Assembly: GCF_006345805.1 (NCBI RefSeq)
Contig: NW_021833289.1
Coordinates: 1-64,000 of the forward strand
Direction: 5' to 3'
Length of the DNA stretch: 64,000 nucleotides
Source: Octopus sinensis
Taxonomy: Eukaryota
This document shows positions 10,284 to 23,684 of the stretch, in pieces. The notes under the pieces are model-generated. The model saw only the letters and a program-made list of their open reading frames with translations. It did no database searches and had not been told where the DNA came from. The translations under genes and the position numbers were made by a program. Within the stretch, counting starts at the first letter, position 1. Each line of letters begins with the position of its first letter.

Positions 10284-12056
10284 CAAAATGGGACAAGAAC
10301 GCAAAACATCAAGAATTGGTATATATGCAGTGTGTGCATATAAATATGTACGAATATTAATATTATTTAATATTTGTATTATTCATAATATAACAGATAA
10401 AAGATATTCAAAATTTCATCTTCCTTCTCTTTTACCCGTTAACGAAGAGAAGAGGCATAAACTGATAAAGGAGCCTTGACCGGCCCCTAACAGTTTGCGC
10501 CGGTCGCTGTCGAGACCTCTCAGGTGTTCTCGGACCCCTTGCTGCAGATTACGAGATAACTGCGGCCCGTCTGAGAAATGAGCACCACCGGATAGGGTGA
10601 CTGTTGCAGCAGAGTGTCGCTGGCCAGTCTGCAGCCTCGCCTTTGCACTTATATTCCACGAGTCGAGACCAAACACACCATTTGTTCTGTGGTGGGCGAA
10701 AGTAAAGAACACGCACACCCGGTGTTTAGGGTCAGGGTTTAGTTTAGGGCTTTTGTTACGCCGAAAACGGGTGGTGTATGTATTCCTTACCTCCGCCCTA
10801 GGGTGTACAACCCATTACTCTCTCCCCCATTCTGCTGCTTAATCCCCCCTCCTTTCTTTTCCCTTTTTTTTTTCTTTGTTTCCATGGTGAGGTACTTTTG
10901 GGTTTTCTTTCCTCCCGATAATTTGATCTTTTCTTTTAATGTTTTTTTTTTCCTTTTCTTCCAGTAAAAGAGTAAAAGTAAAACTATGCATCTGATTAAA
11001 TTAATTGGCAGTCCTGTGATTAACAAACGAAACAAGAGGTATTAAATAAAATTAAATTAGAAAAAAAAGGTTACAGGGTGGAGTGTGTGTGTGTGTGTGA
11101 ATGGGTTAGAGAGAACGTGTATTTACGTGTACACTGCATCATCATCATCATCACCGCCATAATGATCACCATGGTAACGTCAGTCTTCCATGCTGGCATG
11201 GGTTGGATGCCGAGAGGAACATTTGGAAAGTACGAGTCCTGTCTTCTTTTCTTTCCCACCCGCCACCCCCGCCTCGAATTTCTAGAACAAAGAAACCTTA
11301 GGCTAAGAGAGGCAGCCAGCTACATTGAGGTAGGGGTTAGTACAAACAGCCTGAATCTGACACACTTCGCGAGTTCTGTTGGGTTTTAGCTATTGTTGCT
11401 CTGTTTTTACTATTTTCGTCAAGGAATGCTGTCTAACAGCCAAGAATTCAAAGATATTTTCATCTGATGCCTGTTTTATTGGGCAGGTGAATATCTCTGC
11501 TGACATAACAGTTTCTCTTACGCTTCTCTCTAATCTCATAAAAACCACACACACCCAAAAAAACAATCGCAATAAATTACAAAACGAAGAATTCGCTCAG
11601 TCTGTCTTCGAACGCAGAGCGGAACCGAGCGGAGGCCTGCAATCGGAGCCGCTTCACCCACAGACCTTCATTTCACAGAAGAAAAGAGCATTCTTCCCAT
11701 GCTTCGTGTCACCATTTCTTATGGATAACATTTCTACGGAGGGGAATATTTTTACTGGGTTCAGTCATTCGACTGCGGCCATGCTGGGGCACCGCCTTGA
11801 AAGGGTTCTGTCGAACAGATCGACACCAGTACTCTTTTACTCTTTGACCTGTTTCAGTCATTTGACTGTGGCCATGCTGGAGCACCGCCTTTAGTCGAGC
11901 AAGTCGACCCCAGGACTTATTCTTTGTAAGCCTAGTACTTATTCTATCGGTCTCTTTTGCAAACCGCTAAGTTACGGGAACGGAAACACACCAGCATCGG
12001 GTGTTAAGCGATGTTGGGGGGGGGGGCGACAAACAGACACACAAACATACACACAC

Positions 12057-12124
<68 letters not shown>

Positions 12125-13905
12125 AAATACAAAATGGGGGACAAGAACGCAAAACATCAAGAATTGGTATATATGCAGTGTGTGCATATAAATATGTACG
12201 AATATTAATATTATTTAATATTTGTATTATTCATAATATAACAGATAAAAGATATTCAAAATTTCATCTTCTTCTCTTTTACCCGTTAACGAAGAGAAGA
12301 GGCATAAATGATAAAGGAGCCTTGACCGGCCCCTAACAGTTTGCGCCGGTCGCTGTCGAGACCTCTCAGGTGTTCTCGGACCCCTTGCTGCAGATTACGA
12401 GATAACTGCGGCCCGTCTGAGAAATGAGCACCACCGGATAGGGTGACTGTTGCAGCAGAGTGTCGCTGGCCAGTCTGCAGCCTCGCCTTTGCACTTATAT
12501 TCCACGAGTCGAGACCAAACACACCATTTGTTTGTGGTGGGCGAAAGTAAAGAACACGCACACCCGGTGTTTAGGGTCAGGGTTTAGTTTAGGGCTTTTG
12601 TTACGCCGAAAACGGGTGGTGTATGTATTCCTTACCTCCGCCCTAGGGTGTAAACCATTACTCTCTCCCCCATTCTGCTGCTTAATCCCCCCTCCTTTCT
12701 TTCCTTTTTTTTTCTTTGTTTCCATGGTGAGGTACTTTTGGGTTTCTTCCTCCCGATAATTTGATCTTTTCTTTTAATGTTTTTTTTTCCTTTTCTTCCA
12801 GTAAAAGAGTAAAAGTAAAACTATGCATCTGATTAAATTAATTGGCAGTCCTGTGATTAACAAACGAAACAAGAGGTATTAAATAAAATTAAATTAGAAA
12901 AAAAAAAGGTTACAGGGTGGAGTGTGTGGTGTGTGTGTGAATGGGTAAGAGAGAGAACGTGTATTTACGTGTACAATGCATCATCATCATCACCGCCATT
13001 ATGATCACCATGGTAACGTCAGTCTTCCATGCTGGCATGGGTTTGATGCCGCGAGGAACATTTGGAAAGTACGAGTCCTGTCTTCTTTTCTTTCCCACCC
13101 GCCACCCCCGCCTCGAATTTCTAGAACAAAGAAACCTTAGGCTAAGAGAGGCAGCCAGCTACATTGAGGTAGGGGTTAGTACAAACAGCCTGAATCTGAC
13201 ACACTTCGCGAGTTCTGTTGGGTTTTAGCTATTGTTGCTCTGTTTTTACTATTTTCGTCAAGGAATGCTGTCTAACAGCCAAGAATTCAAAGATATTTTC
13301 ATCTGATGCCTGTTTTATTGGGCAGGTGAATATCTCTGCTGACATAACAGTTCTCTCTACGCTTCTCTCTAATCTCATAAAAACCACACACACCCAAAAA
13401 AACAATCGCAATAAATTACAAAACGAAGAATTCGCTCAGTCTGTCTTCGAACGCAGAGCGCGGAACCGAGCGGAGGCCTGCAATCGGAGAGCCGCTTCAC
13501 CCACAGACCTTCATTCACAGAAGAGAAAAGAGCATTCTTCCCATGCTTCGTGTCACCATTTCTTATGGATAACATTTCTACGGAGGGGAATATTTTTACT
13601 GGGTTCAGTCATTCGACTGCGGCCATGCTGGGGCACCGCCTTGAAGGGTTCTGTCGAACAGATCGACACCAGTACTCTTTTACTCTTTGACCTGTTTCAG
13701 TCATTTGACTGTGGCCATGCTGGAGCACCGCCTTTAGTCGAGCAAGTCGACCCCAGGACTTATTCTTTGTAAGCCTAGTACTTATTCTATCGTTCTCTTT
13801 TGCCAACACGCTAAGTTACGGGAACGGAAACACACCAGCATCGGTTGTTAAGCGATGTTGGGGGGGGGGGCCGACAAACAGACACACAAACATACACACA
13901 CGTAC
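10279..13905. repeat. Tandem duplication, ~1.85-kb period (copies start at 10279 and 12125)
   Basis: Near-identical copies differing mostly by homopolymer/dinucleotide indels; junction lies in (TA)n. Confidence 0.95.
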
Positions 13906-13907
13906 AT

Positions 13908-13951
<44 letters not shown>

Positions 13952-14112
13952 TACGATGGGCTTCTTTCAGTTTCCGTCTACCAATACCACTCACAAGGCT
14001 TTGGTCGGCTCGAGGCTATAGTAGAAGACACTTGCCCAAGGTGCCACGCAGTGGGACTGAACCCCGGAACCATGTGGTTGGTAAGCAAGCTACTTACCAC
14101 ACAGCCACTCCT
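13600..14112 (-). mobile_element. SINE family A (3' part duplicated; partial copy at 11755-12060)
   Basis: Reverse complement of the family A body and head ending ...cacagccactcc at about 14111. Confidence 0.85.
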
Positions 14113-14689
14113 ACATATTGTTTTTTTCTTTTTGTTTTTTTTTTGGAAGTTTGGTATTTATTCTGTTGGTGTCTTTTGCCGAACCACTTAGTCACGGGGA
14201 CACAAACAACAATTGCCAACATGTGAAGATGAAGATACAGACCCAAAGACAGTTATGTGCATGCGTGTGTGTGTGTATACACGATGGGCTTCCACACAGT
14301 TTCCGTCTACCAAATTAATTCACAGGGCTTGGTCAGTATGGAGCTTTAGAGGAAGTCATTTGTCCAAAATGCTCCGCTGAGGGGACTGGCTGGCCCCGAA
14401 ACCTCATGGTTGCAAAGTGACCTTCTTAACCACACAGCCATGTCGGCGCTTATAGTTTAGTTATTGGTTGAAAAATTATTTCACTGCTCCAGCATGGCCA
14501 CACAGGTAACTGGCTGGAACAGGTAGAAATTGTTATTCAAAGCCTTCCATTCCCATGAACCAATTGATGTTCTGTAAACTCATTAAGTTTAACATGAAAT
14601 ATCAGTTTAGCCTCCACTGGGCGCAGTCTACTCGCCTCTCTGACGGTCTACACATCTATCTGCCAACATTTGTTCATTTATCTGTACTT

Positions 14690-15010
14690 ATCTCTCTCTC
14701 TCTCTCTCTCTTTCTTTCTATTTCTCTCTCTGTCTCTCTCTTTCTTTCTCTCTCTCTCTCTTTCTTTCTCTGTCTCTCTCTCTCTTTCTTTCTCTTTCTC
14801 TCTCTCTCTCTCTTTCTTTCTATTTCTCTCTCTGTCTCTCTCTTTCTTTCTCTCTTTCTATTTCTCTCTCTTTCTCTTTCTTTCTTTCTCTCTCTCTCTT
14901 TTCTTCTCGTTCTCTCTCTCTCTTTGATTCTTTCTCTTTCTTTCTTTCTATCTTTCTTTCTCTCTCTTTTCTCTCTCTCTCTCTCCCTCCCCCCATCTCT
15001 CTCTCTTTCT
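14690..15010. repeat. (CT)n/(CTTT)n tract
   Basis: Direct read. Confidence 0.95.
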
Positions 15011-15239
15011 GTCTATAAGATCCAACACCTATATTAACGTTTGCTTTTATGTTCAATTATAAATTTTACATTAATTAATCTGATAAGATACTTGATACTT
15101 TTGTTGAGTACAAATTTATTATTCTTATACAAGAATGATAAATCCACATCCATATCTATCTCAAATACACACACACACACACACACGCGCGCATACACAC
15201 ACACACACGTACGTATGTCTGTATGTTTGTCTCATCTAT

Positions 15240-15563
15240 TATTTAATTGTTATAAATCTTCCACTAAGGAGGGACCCGGTTTCCAACAAAGACACAAAGC
15301 TCCATATTTGGGATGTAGTTAACACAGACAAATTCACATTTGGAACTTGGGAAAAGTCTTGCATATTTTTACTGTTCCACTCACAGATTGCACTCGTAAT
15401 GTACCAATCAGCCGGTCGATTTCTCTTTCTGAAAATCCCAGTTTATCCGGATTTTCCTTTAAGCATTTACTAACAAAACCTAGTGCTCCAATTATCATTG
15501 GTATGAATATGAATTCATAGTCTGGATATAGAGGCTGGAGGTTTCGAGGCAGTTGTCCATAAA
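15240..15563 (-). mobile_element. 3' end of a REL-endonuclease (R2/R4/NeSL-type) non-LTR retrotransposon
   Basis: Minus frame reads IYGQLPRNLQPLYPDYEFIFIPMIIGALGFVSKCLKENPDKLGFSEREIDRLIGTLRVQSVSGTVKICKTFPKFQM*; the P-I-I-G-A-L-G and GTVKICK segments are typical of REL C-termini; followed by a 3' UTR. Confidence 0.75.
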
Positions 15564-16550
15564 TGTGTGTGTGTGTGTGTGTACTTACTATGTACCATAT
15601 TTACTGGCAAATCAGAGGAGTTAGTTTCTATTTTTTTTTTATGGATGGGAATTCAAGTGTTGTAGGCGAAGGATCCAGATGAACGTAAGTCCACTAATCA
15701 TAATAATTGTTGCTATAATAAAACAATGAAAGCAAGCAAAAGTATTACATTCTATTAGCACGAAATTATGAAAAATTGCTTATGGTATATTGGCAAGTTA
15801 TGTGGGGAGATCGCATCTTTTCCTTTCACCTCCCTCCCCAGCATAAATAACCCATCTCGGATATGTGTCTTACATTATTTATTGGCTGTGTTACAATTAT
15901 GAAATATTTCTCTAATTATCTAAATGAAAAATTCTCCTAGAAAGATTTTTCGATGGATAGGTTGTATTCCATCTAATGTGACTCTACTCAGAAGGCTGTA
16001 ATATCATTCGACAGGAAACCCGGTATAAAGAAATGCATGAAACAAGGCGGTAACTTTAAATACCTTTAATGTGGCCACATGTACATACACAAACTGAATG
16101 ATATATGAAAGTAGTTGATGGCTGTACCAGACTCCAATCTTGATCTGGCAGTGTTTCTACAGCTGGATGCCCTTCCTAACGCCAACCACTCCGAGAGTGT
16201 AGTGGGTGCTTTTACGTGCCACCAGCACGAGGGCCAGTCAGGCGGTACTGGCAATGGCCACGTCCAAATGGTGCTTTTTATGTGCCACCTGCACAGGAGC
16301 CAGTCCAGCGGCACTGGCAACGACCTTATATATATATATATATGTCATCATCATCATCATCATTTAATGTCCGTTGTCCATGCTGGCAAGCTGGAAGGCT
16401 GCACCAGACTCCAGTCTGATTTCACATGGTTTTCTATAGTTTAATGCCCTTTCTAATACCAACCACTCCGAGTGCGTAATGGGTGGTTTTACGTGCCACC
16501 GGCACAGGTGCCATTTGTGTGACACCAGTATCTGCCACATTGGCATTGAC

Positions 16551-16586
<36 letters not shown>

Positions 16587-17280
16587 GAATGTTGTTCAGC
16601 TGAAATCTATAATGTGTACATCTGATGAGTGTGGGGCGTTACCTTTACATGAAACTTGGACATCATTTGTTAGTATGATCATCATGAAAGTTGCTCACAA
16701 AAGAAACGTGTATCAAAGTGTTCTCAATGATACACTTATCTGCTCAATGATACACTTATCAGGGTGGATTAGGTGGCAAGTGTTTCACACTGTCAGCACA
16801 AGATCAAGTGGAGTGTGAGCTGTGGTAGCTGACTGCAAGAAGCTCGGGATTTTAAGCAGACATTCACCCTCAAGTGTTATAACATGGCATGGTTTCTGAA
16901 ATATACTTACATACATATAGAGCTAGATCGATAATATATATATATATATATATCATCATCATCATCATCATCATCACCGTTTAACATCCGTTTTCCATGC
17001 TAGCACGGGTTGGTCGGTTCGACCGGGGTCTGGGAAGCCAGGGGCTGCACCAGGCTCCAGTCTGATCTGGCAGTGTTTCTACAGCTGGATGCCGTTCCTA
17101 ACATATATATATATATATATATATCTATATATATATTATATATATATATATATATAGATATATATATATATATATATAGACAGATAGATAGATATAGATA
17201 GATAGGTAGACAGCCAGAAGGAAAGGAAGAGTTAGATATGGGAAAACTGAGAAAGAGAGGGGGAAAGACAGAGACACGTC

Positions 17281-17319
<39 letters not shown>

Positions 17320-17549
17320 TGTGTGTGTCTGCATGCACATATATGTATGTGTGTGTGTGTGTGTCTGTGTGTACATAGTTCATAGATGAGAATCAGATAT
17401 TCTCTGTATAGAATAAACTTTGTAGTGCTCAAGAGATTCACACTTGAGCAGATACAAAAGTAAGATGTAAGGATAAGCAAGTTAGGCAGGTCGCTATAGT
17501 GACCGGGCTAACTTGCTCTCCTTACATATACGTATATGTATATGCATGC

Positions 17550-17592
<43 letters not shown>

Positions 17593-18279
17593 ATATATAT
17601 ATATACATATACATATATATATATATACATATGACATACATATATATATGTATATATGCATTGTATGTATTTTAGTATTATATACATACTAAATACATAC
17701 ATATACATAATATAGATATGCATATGTATGCATTAATATGTATATATGTATTATATATATATATATATATATACAAATATATAAATACATGTGCGTGTAT
17801 ATATATATATCATGATGATGATGATGATGATATATATAAATATATATATATATATGCATATTTTATAGAGAGCAATAAGAAAATGGAGGGGATCACTTGG
17901 TGGTATTCATCAACTTTTAGACATTATATTATGTCAACTTATTCATTTATTTACTAAAATGACAGTTACAACAATATACATACATGCATAGCATATTATG
18001 CTTACATGTAAAATATATTAATACATAAAGATACCAGTAATTATTAAAATATATAACATAGAGGAATAGAAATTGCAAAATATCTTACAGCTGTTTCAGC
18101 CAAGAGGTAAAAATACCTCAGTCTACCTTTATCCCTCCATTAGACTGAAGTAATTAGCAGATGAAATTGAGGTACTTGGGTGTTTCTCTAGGCTTCGTCA
18201 GAGATTTTAGTACATAAGGTTAAGTTATAAATATAAATCCACACATATATACATATGCATACATATACATAAATTGGCT

Positions 18280-18748
18280 TCCGGCACCAGTTTCGCATAG
18301 CCCCTGCCCATTCAAAGTACCTTGGGTCCCAGAACATTTCGCTGTGCTTGAGAAGACCTGTTGAGTCAAGTGCATGTACATGAACATCGAAACAAATATC
18401 AATGGAAATAGTAGTTGTGATACCTGTGCCGGTGGCACATAAAAAGCACCATCCAAACATGGCCATTGCCAGTGCCGCCTCGACTGGCTTCTGTGCCGGT
18501 AGCACATAAAAAGCACCATCCGAATGTGGCCGATGCCAGTGCCGCCTCGACTGGCTTCTGTGCCGGTGGCACGTAAAAAGCACCCACTACACTCGCAGAG
18601 TGGTTGGCGTTAGGAAGGGCGTCCAGCTGTAGAAACACTGGCAGATCAGACTGGAGCCTGGTGCTGCCCATCGCTTCCCAGACCCCGGTTGAACTGTCCA
18701 ACCCATGCTAGCGCGGAAAACGGACGTTAAACGATGATGATGATGATA
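18280..18748 (+). mobile_element. RTE-type 3'-tail element with (GAT)n end
   Basis: Internal gtgccggtggcacataaaaagcacc units; conserved aggaagggc(a)tccagctgtagaaac...ggacgttaaacgatgatgat terminus; more than 15 copies in the window. Confidence 0.8.
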
Positions 18749-19058
18749 TACCTACACTTAAATGTACATACATATTTGCATGTATAAGTATACACAAGAA
18801 TCAGTTAATGCATTATATTATTCATATTAGATAAAATATAACCAGAGGTATGAGAAGTTATAAGAGGAGTAATTTTGTAATTTATAAAATCAATATATCT
18901 TAAAGTTATTTCAGTTATGCAAGAACGAAACTGCATATACATGAGGAACATACATATATACACACATACACACACACACACACACAACACACACACATAT
19001 ATATACATATATATTTCCGCTCAAACATACTCATAGGTACATATGTATATCTATATCT

Positions 19059-19104
<46 letters not shown>

Positions 19105-19129
19105 GTACATATATATACGTACATATATA

Positions 19130-19318
19130 TATAACGGGAAGCTTTATGAAAATAAACAAAAGACGAAGGCAGGTGGAGTACAAACAAACAATGTATGGCA
19201 CTCAGGAATAGAAATAAAACAAGTCTTTTACGTTTCGAGCCTACGCTCTTCAACAGAAAGATACACAGAAAAGAAACAAGGAGAGAAAAAAAATGCGTGC
19301 AGAAGCTAGCAATTCAAC

Positions 19319-19320
<2 letters not shown>
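19130..19320 (-). mobile_element. Penelope-like terminal fragment in (TA)n
   Basis: Flanked by (TA)n, carries a hammerhead motif, shares ctcaggaa...gtttcgagc..gctcttc with 10020-10235. Confidence 0.55.
19224..19261 (-). ncRNA. Minimal type-I hammerhead ribozyme (A6U variant)
   Basis: UCUUU-CUGUUGA-A-GAGC GUAG GCUC-GAAA-CGUA|AAAGA: helix I 5 bp, helix II 4 bp, ACGU palindrome, GUA site. Confidence 0.6.
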
Positions 19321-19353
<33 letters not shown>

Positions 19354-19879
19354 TATATATATATATGCGCATATGTATGTATTTAGTATGTTGCTGTTTG
19401 TTTAGCCATGCCATAATAAGGATGTTGATCTAAGCTAAATCAAGCTGCTATCATCATAAAGAACCAAACCACATCGCACTACCATCCCTCCAGCCATGCC
19501 CCACCCACAAAAGTTTAAAAATAGGATTCCTTAACGAAATCAAATATCTACAATCTTAGTTTGGGTTTAGACACTTCTTTGTTTCTTTCTCCTCTCACCA
19601 CCACCACCATCATCATCATCGCATTCGTTATCGTTTAACGTCCGTCTTCCATGCCGGCATGGGTTAGACGCTGTGTCAGGATCTATTGTTTTCCTTGGCA
19701 TGGTTTCTACAGCTATTAGCCCTTCCTAATAATACCAACCACTTTACAGAGTAGACAGGGCACTTTGCATGTGACACCAGTTGCTGGTGAAGTTACCAAA
19801 TAACTAACAAAACAAACAACCCCTCAATTGATGTGAGGGTGGAAGGGCAGTATCAGGGAGGTGGTTTTGTGCCAGCAGA

Positions 19880-20390
19880 GGGCCAGGAACAAGTGGTTGA
19901 TGCCAGGTTCACCTGACTGGCTTCCGTGCCAGTGGCACATAAAAAGTACCAACCAAACGTAGCCAATGCCAGTAACCCCACACTGGCTCCCATGCGGATG
20001 ATACGTAAAAAGCATCAACTGAACATGTCTGATACCAGTACCCACTGACTGGCTCCCATGGCGGTGGCATGTAAAAAGCACCATCTGAATGTGGTCATTG
20101 CCAGTACCCCCACACTGGTTCCTGTGCCGCTGGCATGTAAAAAGCACCAACCAAGCATGGCCAATGCCAGTACCCACTGACTGGCCCCTGTGCCAGTGGC
20201 ACATAAAAAGCACCCACTACACTCTCAGAGTGGTTGGTGTTAGGAAGGGCATCCAGCTGTAGAAACTCTACCAGATCAGATTGGAGCCTGGTGCAGCCAT
20301 CTGGCTCTCCAGACCTCAGTTAAACCGTCCCTCCCATACCAGCATGGAAGACGGATAATAAACTATGATGATGATGATGACGATGGGGGA
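19880..20390 (+). mobile_element. RTE-type tail element with about five internal ~60-bp repeats
   Basis: Repeated tgccagtaccc..actggctccc..tggcatgtaaaaagc units, then the conserved tail and (GAT)n. Confidence 0.8.
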
Positions 20391-20719
20391 GAGGCATAGG
20401 TGTCTTACTGTGGAATAGAAAGGAGGTTGAGTTAGGGATTAAGATAAAGGGAACGGAGGAGTCAGGGGTTAAAATAAATAGAGAGAGAAGATGGTGAAGA
20501 TGTGTTGGGACAAAACTGTTGAGGGATGCTGGAGATGGTGAGAGTAAGAGGTGATACGGAGGTTTGGACAGGGTGAGTGGGAAAATGATGGAGTAAAGGA
20601 TGGGGGAGGCACAAGGGTGAGGGTTGGGGTTAGATATGCAAGGGCTTTGAGGGTGATGTGTAGGTATGTTTGGGTGTGTGTGTGATCATAATCAACAAAT
20701 ATGTTTAACATCCCAACAA

Positions 20720-21126
20720 ATAATATATACACACATACACACAAATGCATACACACACACACATATATGTACACACACACATATATACATACACACACAA
20801 GTGCATATACATATATAGGTACACACACATATATACACACACACATATACACACATACATATATACACACATATATATACACACACAACTGCATATACGT
20901 ATACATGTACACACATATACACACACATACACACACATATATACACACACACACATATACACACACATAAGTGCATATTCATATACAGGTACACACACAT
21001 ACACACATACACAAACACATATACACACACATATACGCACACACATACGCACACACACATTTACACACATACATATACACATACATATATACACACACAC
21101 ACATAAGGGCATATACATATACAGGT

Positions 21127-21155
<29 letters not shown>
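20720..21155. repeat. Degenerate (CA/TA)n tract
   Basis: Direct read. Confidence 0.95.
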
Positions 21156-21157
<2 letters not shown>

Positions 21158-21295
21158 TATATATTTATGCGTGTGTGTGTGGGAAGAGAATGATGTGCTT
21201 TTATATGTGTGATTCTTTGAGTGTTGCTGTTTGTGTGTATGTATATCCTATGTGTCGCACACACACACACACACCCTGACACACTCTATGTATGT

Positions 21296-21330
<35 letters not shown>

Positions 21331-21739
21331 TGTGAATGTTATTTTGTCTCCAAACACCCCACGGTAGAATATTTACTTCTCCAGCGACAGATCTTTCAGC
21401 CATTGTTATGATTTAAGAAATTCCGCTCGATCCCACCCCGCTCCCAGGCATTGACCTTAATAATATAACTTCTAGAAAGCTCCTTGACAGATATATTTAG
21501 TCAAGAGACACACATACATCATTTCCCCACCCCCTCCGAGAGCCATCCAGTGGCGTTCTAACCAGCAGATAAATGGTGGTGCTAACATACGGCGGCAGCT
21601 GAATGTTTGTCAAGCAATAATACACTTCCAAGCTGTCTTCTGTTTATTATTCAGTTCCAAGTAGGACAAACAGATGTTTGGAACATTTATTTCTGCCAGA
21701 CAAAAACCTTTCTAAGCAGCAATAGAACTCAAGAAGGAG

Positions 21740-22480
21740 GCAAGCTGGCAGAATCATTAGCAGGCAGGGCAAAATGCTTAGCGGTATTTCGTCTGTCTTT
21801 ACATTCTGAGTTCAAATTCCGCTGAGGTTGACTGTGCCTTTTATCCTTTCGGGGTCGATAAATTAAGTACCAATTACACACTGGGGTCGATATAATCGAC
21901 TTAATCCATTTGTCTGTCCTTGTTTGTCCTCTCTGTGTTTAGCCCCTTGTGGGTAGTAAAGAAATAGATATTTTGTCTGCCGCTATGTTCTGAGTTCAAA
22001 TTCTGCCGAGGTCGACTTTGCCTTTTATCCTTTCGGGGTCGATAAATTAAGTACCAGTCACTCACCAGGGTCGATATAATCGACTTAATCCGTTTGTCCC
22101 CTCTGTGTTTAGCTCCATGTGGGTAGTAAAGAAATAGGGATTTCGTCTGCCTTAACATTCTGGGTTCAAGTTCCAACAAAGTCGACTTTGCCTTTTATCC
22201 TTTTGGGGTCTATAAAATAAGTACCAATTAAGGACTTGGGTTGATATATATTTCTTTACTACCCACAAGGGGCTAAACATAGAGAGGACAAACAAGGACA
22301 GACAAACGGATTAAGTCGATTACATCGACCCCAGTGCGTAACTGGTACTTAATTTATCAACCCCAAAAGGATGAAAGGCAAAGTTGACCTCGGCGGAATT
22401 TGAACTCGGAACGTAACGACAGACGAAATACTGCTACGAATTTCGCCCGGCGTGCTAACGTTTCTACCAGCTCACCACCT
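21740..22480. mobile_element. Cluster of SINE family B (Nin/Deu-domain-like core) copies
   Basis: Three tandem plus copies and one minus copy with core ttgcctttcatcctttcggggtcgataaattaagtaccag, which resembles the DeuSINE/Nin domain. Confidence 0.75.
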
Positions 22481-23255
22481 ATCAACTTGGGTTGATATAA
22501 TCAACTTAGTCCCTCTCCCCAAATTGCTGGCCTTGTGCCAAAATTTGAAACGAATATTTGGCATTAGGAAGGGCATCCAGCCATATAAGCCATGTCAAAT
22601 CAGACTGGAGTCTGGTGCAACCTTTCAGCTTGCCAGCCCTGGTCAAACTGTCCAACCCATGCCAGCGTGGACAACGGACACTAAATGATGATGATTTAGT
22701 GTTTAATATAATCCAAGAAGATGGTGAGTGAGCAGAATCGTAAGGATGCTGGGTGAAATGCTTAGCAGCATTTCATCTGTTAACCACTCTTGGAGTGGTT
22801 GGCGTTAGGAAGGGCATCCAGCTGTAGAAACTCTACCAGATCAGATTGGAGCCTGGTGCAGCCATCTGGTTTGCCAGACCTCAGTCAAATCGTCCAACCC
22901 ATTCCAGCATGGAAAGCAGACGTTAAACGATGATGATGATGATTCTGAGTTCAAATTTCGCTAAGGTCGATTTTGCTTTTCATCCTTTCAGGGTCGATAA
23001 ATTAAATACGAGCTGAGCACTGGGGTCAATGTAATTGACTTACTCCCTCTCCTGAAATTGCTGGCCTTGTGCCAAGATTTGAAACAAAAATATAACTCAA
23101 GGGGTTGACTTGAAAGAAATTGTAAGGGATTTGGGCAGACAATGTTTTATGCTGTCTTGCATCACATTTGTGGGTTCACATCAGTGGGGTAATGTGGGGG
23201 TTGGATTCCCTATGAGGTCACCAAATTAGTTGCCTCTTTTCTTAAATATAACATA

Positions 23256-23684
23256 CGAGGGTGAGTCCAAAAGAAATGCCATTTTGTTTAGGACAGGTAT
23301 AATTATTACCAACACAGGAACATGTATCATACATCAAAATGAAGCTGGTCCTCTGTGGATCACATCCCTACTTCTCAACTGGAATAATGTTTGCCTCTCA
23401 AACCCTCTTTCATGGGGCTGAATAGAGATGATAGTCCAGTGATGAGGAAGTGAAAACTGTAGTGGAGATGTGGCTCAAAGAACAGTCAACAGAATTTTAC
23501 AGGGGAGGAATACATGCTCTCATTCGAAGGTGGAACATTGCTATTGAGAGAAATGGTGACTATGTTGAGAAGTAGGGGTGTGATCCACAGAGGACCAGCT
23601 TCGTTTTGATGTATGATACATGTTCCTGTGTTGGTAATTATACCTGTCCTAAACAAAATGGCATTACTTTTTGACTCACCTGTG
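23256..23684 (+). mobile_element. Mariner-derived MITE, TA TSD, ~125-bp TIRs
   Basis: TA|cgagggtgagtccaaaa...ttttgactcacctgtg|TA; interior encodes the mariner transposase C-terminus SDEEVKTVVEMWLKEQSTEFYRGGIHALIRRWNIAIERNGDYVEK*. Confidence 0.9.

Noticed and set aside
16615-16670. Hammerhead-like CUGAUGA...GAAAC
   Set aside because: Helix II is plausible but helices I and III and an NUH site cannot be built; at most a decayed relic.
18175-18205. CUGACGA...GAAAC on the minus strand
   Set aside because: No helix II or helix I pairing.
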